Assembly (NCBI GenBank): GCA_030770535.1
Contig: JASVEC010000010.1
Coordinates: 558,001 to 622,000, forward strand
DNA length: 64,000 bases
Origin: Batkoa obscura
Taxonomy: Eukaryota
Reading direction: 5' to 3'
Below are positions 23,798 through 34,825 of the stretch, one piece after another; within the stretch, counting starts at the first letter, position 1, and the number at the start of each line of letters is the position of its first letter. The position numbers and the translations under genes were made by a program. A model generated the notes under the pieces. That model saw nothing but the letters and a program-made list of their open reading frames with translations. It searched no databases and had not been told where the DNA came from.

Positions 23798-26252
23798 GGG
23801 GTTGTCTGAATTAGTTTCATTATTTTATCCAATTTTTGAAAAATTTTGTATTTTAAAAACTTCGCTTAAAATTCTATAAAATCACATCTTTTATTAAAAC
23901 AAAAGTACCCAAACACAGTTCTAAATCATTCTATTATAGCTCATACTGTAAGTTAGTTGAATTTCTACTAGATCTTAAATACATGTTCTTATAAAGCTTA
24001 ATTGAGAAATATTTACTATCAACTGCTTTATAACCAACATTGTAGATTTATTATCAAATAAATAAACTATTTTAATGTTATAATTACATTATTAATATAT
24101 TGCCAAGTTAATAAATAGCTGCATGGGAGGGAGTGGTTAGCCCCAAAACTATAATTAACCATCCCTATATAGTACAAGTAATAATAGTTTTTACATATTA
24201 TTACAGTTACTTGTTCTTTGACTATTTATTAACTTAGCTATTAATAACTTAAGTAATCCTAACATTTAACAACCTATTTCTATCATTCAACAAACTACTT
24301 ACTTGCTTAGTAAATATCGAAATTTTTAAATTCTCTGTTATCTTCGTAAGGTAAGCTGGGATCGATCTTTTAATTTTTCTGTTTTCTATAGACTCTATAA
24401 CTTTAATTGGGACTATATCGCTTTTTTTTGATGTATCAGATACTGGATAACAATGTAGTTTATTGTTATGTTTAATAAAGTGTAAATACTTCTTAATGCC
24501 CTGCATCTCTATTATTCTTTTTGTATTTTTGTTTCTTTTATACTTTTTAAAAATTATATCTGTTTTCCCATTATTAACAGTCGAGTTATTAATTTTATTA
24601 TGCTCGCAAATAAAAGCCTCAAATCTTGAAATTAATTGATCGATATCTTCTATTTTACCTAACGCTTCAAAACTACTTTTCCATTTTGAAAGGTTTCCAA
24701 AATGTCCATCAACTATACTTTTTCCATGATGCTCAGCAAAAAAATTAAGATTAACATTCAAACTACTATTTATTTTATGAATTTCTTTAAACATATAGTG
24801 TAGAAACTCTTGGGATCTAAAATGATTTCCTGTATCTGCCCATATATTAATTTTTGTAAACTTTTTAAATAGAAGCTCTGTAGAGATTAAATCGATTAAA
24901 CAATCTCCTGCATATGCTGAATCATGATTCAATATTTCAGATAAGTAATCAAAGTAAACTTTGCCTATTGTTTTATCATCTTTTAAATATAATACACCAA
25001 AACCTAATACTGATATAGCTTGTTTATTATAATGATCTAGATTTATTGAATCTGGTCTTGTCCCTATTTCCATATTTTGTTTAAAATCTAAAACTATTAT
25101 ACAACTTTTGTTATTTAATTTTTTAATAGTTTCATTAAATGTGTTTTTTTGAGTATCAACACAGAATTTATGTAATTTGTATAATTTTTCTTCTTCGTTG
25201 AAAATTTCTTGTATCTCTGCTTTGTTTTTTGCTGTATTTATTTTATTTTCAAATAACTTTTTTCTAACTGTATACTGGGTACATATATTACATAGATCCG
25301 TTTTTCTTGCTGGATTTTTGAAATTACTTGGTATATATTTAAAGAACGTTGACCTAGCTACTGCTTTATCTCTTAGATCATTCAAATATTTACTATATAT
25401 CATTCTTCTACTTTTATTTAATATATATATATTATCTGATGAATATTTACTATCGTTATTTTTTTTATTAAATCTTGATGAAATAGTTGAATCATTTAGT
25501 AAATATTGTATGATAGTTTCAATTTGCTCATCTTTAATTTTTTTTGTGTTTTTAATAATAGGTTTTAGTGTTGATATTTTATTACTATTACTTGTTTTTG
25601 AATAATCATATTGATTTCTATTTATATTAAACCCAAAACTCTTACATTCATCAAAAGAATATACTGAAGCTATAGTTGATAATAACGCTACTTGCTGACT
25701 TTTGTTTCCTGTTTCCCTTAAAGCACTAATTTTATACATTACTTGATTAAGTTTATTATTATCGATAGTAAACTTTGATAATATATCTTTTCTTTGTTTT
25801 GTTTTATTATAAAATTCCATGAACCTTGGGTTGTTATAAGTAGCTCTTAAAATTGATGTAAATGAATTACAATGTTTATATTGTGTACTCCTCCCTATTG
25901 TATTGAAGTTTTCAAAAATTCCATTTCGAAGTTTAGTTATGAAAGTTTGCATTTTATTTTTATTTCAACAAAAAATAAAGTCAAATAACTGTATTTATAT
26001 AATTATGTATTTATGTAATTATATAATCATATAGTTATATATTATATATCTGTTAAATATCTAACAGAACTAACATAAAATATATAGTTAGGAAAATTAG
26101 CTATTTAAGAAAAGGAAACAATTAAAATAAGTTTTAAATAGAGACATTTAATTTTAGGCTTTTTAGATTTAACCGTTATATTGAACACAAACTTGGAATT
26201 TTAAATTTGGATTAATTTCTAAGTAGATTCTGAAACCAATTAGGACAGCCCC
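23798..26252 (-). mobile_element. Full-length DNA transposon (Sola2-like), 2455 bp, imperfect ~25-bp TIRs, 4-bp TSD ATAT
   Basis: Left end ATAT|GGGGTTGTCTGAATTAGTTTCA; right end TGAAACCAATTAGGACAGCCCC|ATAT. Encloses a single transposase ORF. Confidence 0.9.
24249..25952 (-). CDS. DDD-type transposase (Sola2-like)
   Basis: Intact 567-aa ORF. CNIC Zn motif. Putative catalytic triad in VLDFKQN, IWADTGNHFRS and FFAEHHGKSIVDGHFG. Located between TIRs. Confidence 0.85.
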   Translation of the reverse strand: MQTFITKLRNGIFENFNTIGRSTQYKHCNSFTSILRATYNNPRFMEFYNKTKQRKDILSKFTIDNNKLNQVMYKISALRETGNKSQQVALLSTIASVYSFDECKSFGFNINRNQYDYSKTSNSNKISTLKPIIKNTKKIKDEQIETIIQYLLNDSTISSRFNKKNNDSKYSSDNIYILNKSRRMIYSKYLNDLRDKAVARSTFFKYIPSNFKNPARKTDLCNICTQYTVRKKLFENKINTAKNKAEIQEIFNEEEKLYKLHKFCVDTQKNTFNETIKKLNNKSCIIVLDFKQNMEIGTRPDSINLDHYNKQAISVLGFGVLYLKDDKTIGKVYFDYLSEILNHDSAYAGDCLIDLISTELLFKKFTKINIWADTGNHFRSQEFLHYMFKEIHKINSSLNVNLNFFAEHHGKSIVDGHFGNLSKWKSSFEALGKIEDIDQLISRFEAFICEHNKINNSTVNNGKTDIIFKKYKRNKNTKRIIEMQGIKKYLHFIKHNNKLHCYPVSDTSKKSDIVPIKVIESIENRKIKRSIPAYLTKITENLKISIFTKQVSSLLNDRNRLLNVRIT

Positions 26253-26266
26253 ATATCATAATTAAT

Positions 26267-26860
26267 ATGCGCTCTATTTTATTATACTCTGCTTTCTCTA
26301 TCACAGTTTTAAATGCTATCAGCATTACTCCAATTAGAGCTATTCTTGGTGATGAAGATGCCATCTTAAAACTTTGCGTTGGTAATCTAGCAGCAGCCAA
26401 AATACCAGGTAGCCATGAAATTGCTGATCTGAAAGTTGATTTAAAAGAAGATAAAAAACTACACTGTGGGCCTAACAATACCCCAGCATCTAAATCTTTG
26501 TTAGATTTGTTATTATTAGGTAAAGACCCTTGCTCTCATTTCAAAGTACTAAGTGCAAAATCTTCTAAGTATGGAAAGGGCATTAATGCCATCGATATTG
26601 TACTTAATACTATTCAACCACATTGTAAAGATCAAGTTCCTAAACCAAATAGTGTTCCAAAAGTCAATTCTCCACCAGGAGTAGTTACTCCAAAGCCTGC
26701 CGATACAAAGCCAGCTCATCCAAAACCACATAAGGGTGGTGATAAAAATTATCATAACAACAATGGGGATAATTACGATAGTGATGGTGATTATTATGAT
26801 AATGGCGATTATGACGATGACTATGATAATGGTTACCATAACCATCATTATTATTATTAA
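26267..26860 (+). CDS. Secreted 4-Cys protein, paralog 2, with extended Asp/Tyr/His-rich tail
   Basis: High identity to 21205-21681 over the N-terminal ~125 aa. Tail DGDYYDNGDYDDDYDNGYHNHHYYY. Confidence 0.85.
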   Translation: MRSILLYSAFSITVLNAISITPIRAILGDEDAILKLCVGNLAAAKIPGSHEIADLKVDLKEDKKLHCGPNNTPASKSLLDLLLLGKDPCSHFKVLSAKSSKYGKGINAIDIVLNTIQPHCKDQVPKPNSVPKVNSPPGVVTPKPADTKPAHPKPHKGGDKNYHNNNGDNYDSDGDYYDNGDYDDDYDNGYHNHHYYY

Positions 26861-26999
26861 TATATTGTTTACAGTTAGCTTTTATTATTAACTTATTAAA
26901 CCATACATCAATCATATATTAGTTCGTGCTTTATTTTTGTTATTATTTTTATTATGTTTATTTTTTTATTTTTTTATTTTTTTATTTTATTACAACTTG

Positions 27000-28200
27000 G
27001 TTAATCTCTTACAGTTGTTTGCTTGGGCTAAAATAGGGTATTTATACTATTCATCGATTAATTTAAAGTTTGTTAAAAAATAGAGTAACAAACTCGAGAA
27101 CTAAGATATATATCTCTTATTTTTCTTAGTATTTTACCTGTTTTAAATAAATCGGATCTTTATCGCTCACTTGAACCTCTTCTCTTCCATTGCTTTAATT
27201 ATTATTCCTTGGTTCCCTTTCTTTAGACACATATAGTCAAAGCCTTTAAGCTCGATTCCATTACCCGATTACCTATTGTTAGTTTCCCTATCTTTCTTTC
27301 TGACAATTCTTCCTCTTCTTCCTTAGCAAGAGCTTGGATCCTTTCTATGGGATTGTACGTCTTGTATAATAGGTTTAGTATAATCTACTTTAACCCTGCT
27401 TATTTTACCTTCTTACCATTTAGCCCAATCAGACTTTCTATTTAATGGGGAGCTTCATGAAGATTCGAAACGAAATAGATTATATTTTGCCTCTTTCAAC
27501 CTAGAAAAGACAGGTGGGTTTAGACTCTCTTCTAACGCTTCTATAGTACCTTTCATGAATGGTCCTGCCCCTAATATTTATCTTTTTATTTTAGTTAACA
27601 AAACAATTAATATTATGACATCTCAAGAAAAAAATATTAAACCAAACCTTCCATACGAATCAGTAATCGAAAAAATCGAAGACCAAAACATTTCTAATTA
27701 TTGAGATGATGTTTAATATCTTTATGCCTTTCAAGCCTTTCTAAAAAATCTTAAAGGCGACGAACTTACAAGTTATATATCCTTAAAAATAAAAATTTTT
27801 AAATGATAAACTCGATAACAAAGGATTGAAAGTTAAAGGGAAGTATAGCAAGGAAAGGGAAGCCAACTTGTTGACGGATAACTATTCACTTTCAGGCGTA
27901 GTAATTCTAAATTTTTCATAAAGCTACAAAGAGTCAATAAGTCCTCTTTTTCCATATATATTCTAGTGTCAGAATGATGTGAGCTCCTTTAGAATAGTTT
28001 TAAATACCTTTACTATTGAACACAGTATAGCCCAAAAATTCTAGATCAACTGCAAGTAGTGAACTTTTCCGCTTTATCAAAAGTCTCATATAGTCCTCAT
28101 TACCTTTAATCCCTTATCTACCGTTCATTTCCTCTTTCTAATTTTTTTTAAAATAAACCAAATCTCCTATTGGATTGGTAATCAAAAAATGTGTACCTGT
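27000..28200 (+). mobile_element. Possible decayed LTR-retrotransposon relic (PBS-like TGGTCCTGCCC at 27560, broken ORF from ATG 27615)
   Basis: GC content higher than flanking intergenic DNA. TTTCA followed shortly by TGG.... Stop-riddled reading frame. No diagnostic protein motif recognised. Confidence 0.35.
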
Positions 28201-28244
28201 TTTAGGTTTGAGCAAGTTAGGCTTAATTACTTGAAGTTTCAATA

Positions 28245-28698
28245 TGTGAAAGAATGCACAGACATGAAGTAATATACAAGAAGTGTCAAGGAGGGATTTA
28301 TAATTATTAAATGGTAATTTTATGTATGTAGAGCAAGTTTTCCAGAGCCTTGGTCCTATAATGAAGAATTGAGGCAGGGGTAAACCCGAAACAAAAGCCA
28401 TTAGAAGCTGATTGTATCCATACTAGAGATTATCAAAGATAAAGTTGAGATGGTTGATACATCATATTATTAGACTGCATCTTTTATGGATCTTCAAACA
28501 AGAATTAAAACAATGGCCAGTTCTCTTTCCGTCTCTTCATAGAAGAGACATTTTATATGAAAGTAAGGGATATAGTGAGTAAGATTAGCTATGGTTTCAA
28601 ATGCATTAAAGTTAAATCTTTACAGAAAGAAAGATGATTCTTTTCAGGATTTTAAATAAAACTAAATATGTATGATTATTTTCACAATTCCCCTTTTT
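28245..28698 (-). mobile_element. LTR (28245-28686, TGTGAAA...TTTCACA) with adjacent polypurine tract
   Basis: 7-bp inverted termini. On the minus strand AAAAAGGGGAA (28698-28688) precedes TGTGAAAA by one base, which is PPT/3' LTR geometry. No TSD, as expected for a non-solo LTR. Confidence 0.6.
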
Positions 28699-29301
28699 GT
28701 TATTTAACTAAGATCAGTTTTTTTGCTAATTTTAAGTTAAACGAATTTAACAAGCAAAGTTTAATATAAAATCCAATATTTGGCTTTGAGTTGTCATTGT
28801 ACCTTACTTAGAAATAACAACTACTATAAAGGGAATTAAACAATGTTATTATAAACAAAAGGATAGGGTGGGCTGATTACCTAATTGATAGTGCATAGGT
28901 CCTTTTCTATCTGAATTTTATTCATTCTCGATAAATTTCAAATTTCAATTTCAGTTGGAAGCATTATTAACTTAAATTGGTTCAATTTAACCAAATCTAA
29001 TTCCCAATAAATTAAATATTAACTTTTTAAAGTTAAATAAATTTTTGTTTAATGATATGAATTTTATTGTCAAACTAGAAGAACTTAAAAAGTTACTTGA
29101 TTAAAAATTATATTGTTTGTATAGGTGGAGGTTTTATTTACAACAATATGTCGGTTTGGATGGAAATTAAGGCCTATTCATTTTTAGCTAAACATTAGGT
29201 GTAAAAGAAGTATATAAACGCAGTTCTAATCGCTAACTATTAAATTAAAATACTATCATTAATATTACTTTATACAGTCCTATACAGTTAATCAAATAGC
29301 A

Positions 29302-29778
29302 ATGCGTTTCTTTTTATTGTACTCTACTTTCTCTATCGCAGCTTTAAATGCTGTCAGTATTACTCCAATTAGAGCTATCCTTGGTGATGAAGATGCTTTG
29401 TTAACTCTTTGTGTTGGTAATTTAGCTGCTGCTAAAGTACCAGGTAGCCATAATATTGCTGATTTGAAAGTTGATTTAAAGGGGAATAAGAAGGTACATT
29501 GTGGACCTAACAATATCCCAGCATCCAAATCATTATTAGACTTGTTATTATTAGGTGAAGACTCTTGCTCTCATCTTAAGTTACTTAATACCGTCACTTC
29601 TCAGTATGGTGAAGGTATTGGTGGGATTGACATCGTATTAAATACTATTCAACCACACTGTAAAAACCATACTCCTAAACCAAACGGTGAGACAAAAACT
29701 GATCCTATTCCCCCAGTTACCCCAAAACCAGTTGATCCAAAGCCACCTAAGGATGATGATGACAATTATTACAACTAA
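29302..29778 (+). CDS. Secreted 4-Cys protein, paralog 3
   Basis: Nucleotide-identical by eye to paralog 1 except the last 6 sense codons. TATATAAAC about 90 bp upstream. Confidence 0.88.
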   Translation: MRFFLLYSTFSIAALNAVSITPIRAILGDEDALLTLCVGNLAAAKVPGSHNIADLKVDLKGNKKVHCGPNNIPASKSLLDLLLLGEDSCSHLKLLNTVTSQYGEGIGGIDIVLNTIQPHCKNHTPKPNGETKTDPIPPVTPKPVDPKPPKDDDDNYYN

Positions 29779-30060
29779 TTTTATTCATTTGAATATGATT
29801 TAGATTATTCTATACTATCTGCAATAAATACATTATAATAAAACATATTACTATGTTGACTGCTTTAAATACTTTGCATAAATTATTTTATAGTTCTCAT
29901 TTTTATTTCAAATAATCTAATTTAAGAGTAGGATTGACTATTATTTGACTATAAAAAAGATTTTTAAGCAAAGTATATATATCATTAATGCTATTATAAA
30001 AAACAACTAAATATAACATATCGAAAAACTATGAGCCATCATATGCTCAAATCAATAGAT

Positions 30061-30157
30061 GGGAATGTATTTTTGTATTTAAGAATTTTACTAATAATTT
30101 TTCCACTCAAATAGTGCTTAAAAGATGGAAAAAGTAATGAAGCCAAAAAACACTCCC
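30061..30157 (+). mobile_element. ~98-bp MITE copy
   Basis: Perfect TSD AGAT; termini GGGAATGT/ACACTCCC. Confidence 0.92.
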
Positions 30158-32588
30158 AGATTTAAGTTCTAGATCTTCAACCGAAAAAAGTAACTTAAAA
30201 GTGTATTAATAATTTACTAACGTTCAATTTATTTTAATTACAGTTTTGTCATGGGTTTATTTTTCAGTAATCAGTGCCTCCAAAAAATACTATAACACAC
30301 AATCTAAACCATTAAATTTTTTGTGAATCTTGGAAAAGTCGAAATTACCAGTTTTAGATTTTGGAGAAAGAGTGTATATGGAGAGGTAAGAGTATATTTG
30401 GATAGGAGGTTGGTGGCAGCTTCATGGGTTTTTCAAATTAAAAATCGAAGCATTTGTACTTCTGTGAAGTATAGAACTTTCTGATCGCTCCATTTATCTA
30501 TTGTTTAACATTCATTACATTTTTTGGTTGTCATTTTTATTTCCCATATCATCAATTAAAAGGCACTTACCAACTTAATTATTTTTATGCTTTTAAAAGC
30601 TTAAAGTGAAGCTATATTTTTTAGATATTTAACTCATATTAAAACTATGAACATGGAAAAGGAAAGCCAAGAAGATTGAAAATCAAATTATTTTATATAA
30701 AATGCTATAGACGAAAAAAGTGCTGCTTTTTATTTATTGTTAATTGAGTTATCCCTAGACTATTATAATATCAACACATTATTCATTTTAGTAACCTTGA
30801 GGCTTTAAGTATATAAGCAGTTTTTTACCATTGACTAAAGTAAATACACTTGTATAAGGAAAGTATCACCAATTTTTTTAAAGCTCATCCATCGTAGTAA
30901 TAAAAATACAAATACCAATATTTTATCTATAGAATAAAGCTATTGATTTTAGATTACAAGGTATTTATTATAATGATATAAAAATATTTGAAATAAAATT
31001 AACACCTAAATGTTTAAGTGCTTTAAAAAATCAACTTTTTAAATAGTTGCTAAACTTGTTTGAACAGAGTAATGTTTATTAAATATATAAATGAAATGCT
31101 AGTCTTATTTCTGAAAGATTGATAAGAACTTAGTAGCACATAGTTAAAATATCAGTACTTTGTCCCAGAATTGATTAATATAATAATTAAATTTATAATA
31201 GCTTAAAAATATGACCAAAATAAAACAAATAATGAAACATCCTAAAAGCTTGGTATCATATATATCTTGTATACTAAAATCTTTGGGTTTATTTCTATAA
31301 TATCATAACTTTTTTGAACTGTTTTTAACATTATTTGGGTTTCAATTTAATTTAATTTGATCAGTTTTTACAAAATCCTTAATAATTTTTATAACTATAA
31401 CTTTGAGCTATAATTTTTAGGTTGTTTAAAAAGTTCCTCTTAGCTTCCTTGCCACGATTTAGGAGTAATTATAGTCATTGGTGTATTTCAATATACGGGC
31501 TATGTATTTTAGACCGTATTAAACATATCATGGTATATAGATAAAACCCCAAATATAATAATAGATAACCATGTTTAAAATAAACCATATACATCATAAT
31601 ACTTATCAAATAGGCGCCCACAAATTAGTGTATAAAAAGTACTATATCTAATACTTACTATTATCAAGCCCCAATTTCAATTCAATGCTTGAAAAAGCCT
31701 TTTATCTATCGCCACTATATTTTTATCTTCATTTACTTTAACTATTGAATGGTTTCATAAAGGTCATGTCCTTGAACCTCCTTGTAATGTGAAAGGAACA
31801 ATCAACCGAACCAAAGACATTTTTACTTGTAAATGTACCTCTTATTACTAAAATAAGGCAGTTGAAACTTCATCTAAAGCTGATACTAGTGACAAGCCTA
31901 ACACTTGCCAATCAGGTGGTATATACTTCAAAAATAAAGTAGCTGGTGCTATCATTAAATATTGTGAAGCAGAGTTTTTTAAATTGATACTTATGTTGGT
32001 AATGGTGCTCCAGACCACAGCTCCTTCTAATTCAGTTGTAATCCCAATGAAAACAAAGCCAAAGTATATCATAGACATAAATTTACTAATACATGCTCTA
32101 TCAGCGCTTGAACAATGACCTCTAATGTCATACCTAGCTATCTCACTATATCCTAAGCAATAAATATTATTGTTACTATTTTCTTTAGTATTTAAAACTT
32201 TTTTTTATTTCAATTACTCTCTTGTTTTTAATTTATTTAATGCTTTGGCAACTGACTCAAGTTCTATATTTACATACTTTTAAAATGTTATAGCTGTAGC
32301 TTTAATATTGAATGTATATACGATTATATTAAATTATATATTAAATTTAGAATTTTATCATACCTGATTAGTCCTTCAACGTCGACATTTCCAATAATTA
32401 CAATAAGCATTCACATCTTATTTAAAATTTTCTAAATAAACAAATCGCTACTTTTAAAATCAATTTATTAAATTGAAGATATTTTAAATTTTCCCAGTGT
32501 TGAACTTAAGATTATGTAAAGATATTATATTCGCTATTATCTTTTAAAAATTATAAAAAAATTCCTATATTTTTATCAAATTATAATT

Positions 32589-32686
32589 GGGGATGTTTTT
32601 TTTGATTTCATTACTTTTTCCATCTCTTAAGCGTTGTTTGAATGGAAAGATTGTTAGTAAATTCTTAAACAAAAAAATACATTCCC
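32589..32686 (-). mobile_element. ~98-bp MITE copy
   Basis: Perfect TSD AATT; termini GGGGATGT/ACATTCCC. Confidence 0.92.
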
Positions 32687-32805
32687 AATTATTGTTTTGA
32701 TTGTTACCTTATTTTAAAATTTTGATATTGACAATGAACAAATTAAAAAAAGTTTCAAAAGTTTCAAAAAGTAAAAATATAATAAGAGTAGGAATTATAA
32801 TATAT

Positions 32806-32856
32806 GGCGATGTACTTTTCGTTTAATAAAATTATTAGATAAAAAAATACATTCCC
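32806..32856. mobile_element. 51-bp micro-MITE (two copies of the same MITE end, inverted)
   Basis: ATAT|GGCGATGTACTTTT...AAAAAAATACATTCCC|ATAT. Confidence 0.7.
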
Positions 32857-33484
32857 ATATTATGTCAATATTGTATAACTCACATAAATGAATGGTCTAA
32901 ATTTCGATTACGAAAAAGAAAGGTTTCTTTAAAAATACCATAAAGATTTATATGTCACTCAGATAAAAATTAAGGCCAAATTTATTCAGGAATTCAAATA
33001 GTATAATAATTAAATGTTGTAGTATGAAAAAACTAATTTCAAAGTTAATAGTAAGTAATATGCTAGCTGAACCCGTGTACGTCTTTCATAAAGTTGCATG
33101 AGTTTATTTATCTACAAATTAATTTTGTTAAATTATATAAAAGGTTAATTATTGAACATATTAAAAATCCTTAAACTGTTTACTATGATATCTATGTCTA
33201 ATCTTGAATTTTATTGCTTATATAATTACAACCTTGAATTCCCTTAATGAAATACATCTTTTTGATACTTTATAAATTTAAACCTTAACCTGTTTAATAT
33301 TGATAGTTATAGCATAAATCTTTTATATATATTCATCACTCATAAATAAAGCAATGTTGTAGATACCATGTTTAAATTTTCGTAATAACAAATAAAAAAG
33401 GATACCAACAAATAATCCAATTCGTATAAAAAATGACAGTATGATATAAATTTAATGAATCTTAGTTTAATAAAAACAATAAAT

Positions 33485-34497
33485 TTAAGCACCATAGCCT
33501 CGAATATTCTCAGCAAATGCCCATTCTGTTTCTAAAGAATAAGGTTCTGAAATGGTAACTCCTTCTTCAGTAACTTTAGATAATTGAATCTAAAGACAAT
33601 TTAATATTTAAATTTTATAAATTATCCAAATTTTACCTTGTTGATTGAACGTGCATCTCTATAATACAATACTTTCATACTCTTCTCTAATACTTGCTTA
33701 GCTTCATCCTCACTTAATTGACCATTCGAGTTTTCATAAGCTTCTCTTAAAATAGGCTGTGCTAAATAAGCACCAAAACCAGTAGCAATAGTAGGTGCTT
33801 GATGGTGGTTACCCTTTAAATCAACTGCACCTAAAAATCTATTTATTTTTTAATTCGATTTTACTCTTAAATTCATTCTAATTATTTTTACCCTTCGCCT
33901 TTAACGACACCAGCAATAACAAAATGATTCCATAATGGATTCATTTTAGTACGACGACTGTACATTAAATTGCACATATATTCAAAAATGTTTTTACTGT
34001 TTAACGAATGACCATCATCTTGAATTGCATCTTCGACACTAAATTTAGTTATTAATCCAGCCTTTTTTTGAAACTATAAAAACGCACCTAATCTTTTTTA
34101 ATATATGTTGTACAGCTTGATAATCTGAAATATCTCCGCTAGCTCCTAATAAAGTAGTTTTGTTTACTTTATGTAAACGCTGTACATCCTTATATCTTGC
34201 CAATGAACCATAAGAAGCTAAATTTTAATAAATATAGCGCCTTTTTATTTATTCATCAAATTTTTACCTAAACAATCTGCAGCTAACATAACTCCATCTT
34301 TATACTTAATACCAATAACGGAAGTACCAGTAACAATAGGTTGTCTAGTTAAAAAATAATCAATCAAGAATTCATTTAATGTTATCCTCTAGGTCTTACT
34401 GAGTATGTGTAACTGGAGCATGGCCATAACTTGTTTCTGGGTTATAACTTGGCTTAATGGAGGTAAGATAACTATCGTAACTTGGTTCACTATTCAT
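33485..34497 (-). CDS. PRE4: 20S proteasome subunit beta type-7 (Pre4/PSMB4), multi-exon; absent from the ORF track
   Basis: Spliced minus-strand product ...PVTHTQ|QPIVTGTSVIGIKYKDGVMLAADCL|ASYGSLARYKDVQRL...GASGDISDYQ...MYSRRTKMNPLWN...ATGFGAYLAQPILRE...VLYYRDARSIN...WAFAENIRGYGA*. Confidence 0.95.
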
Positions 34498-34825
34498 TGT
34501 GTAATATAAAAATAAACTTTTTACAATTAAAAAATTAGTATATTGCTGCTTTACGTCATCCAAGCTTGGTTCTATTGCATTTTTCCAAAGTTCGCAATTT
34601 TTAAGTTTCCTTTTTGAGTGGAACCATTTTTGTATTTGCTTGATTTTGTTTTAGTAAATCAAGCATTGCTTTTGAAGTATTAAAACAACATCAGGTATTA
34701 TTAATGTATGCCATCATTATACACTAAAATTAGTATACTATTTTAAATAACAAAATAGAATATAAATAAAATATTATAAAAATTCACAAAAAAGTTTATT
34801 AATTAAAGAAAAGGCAAACCAAATC

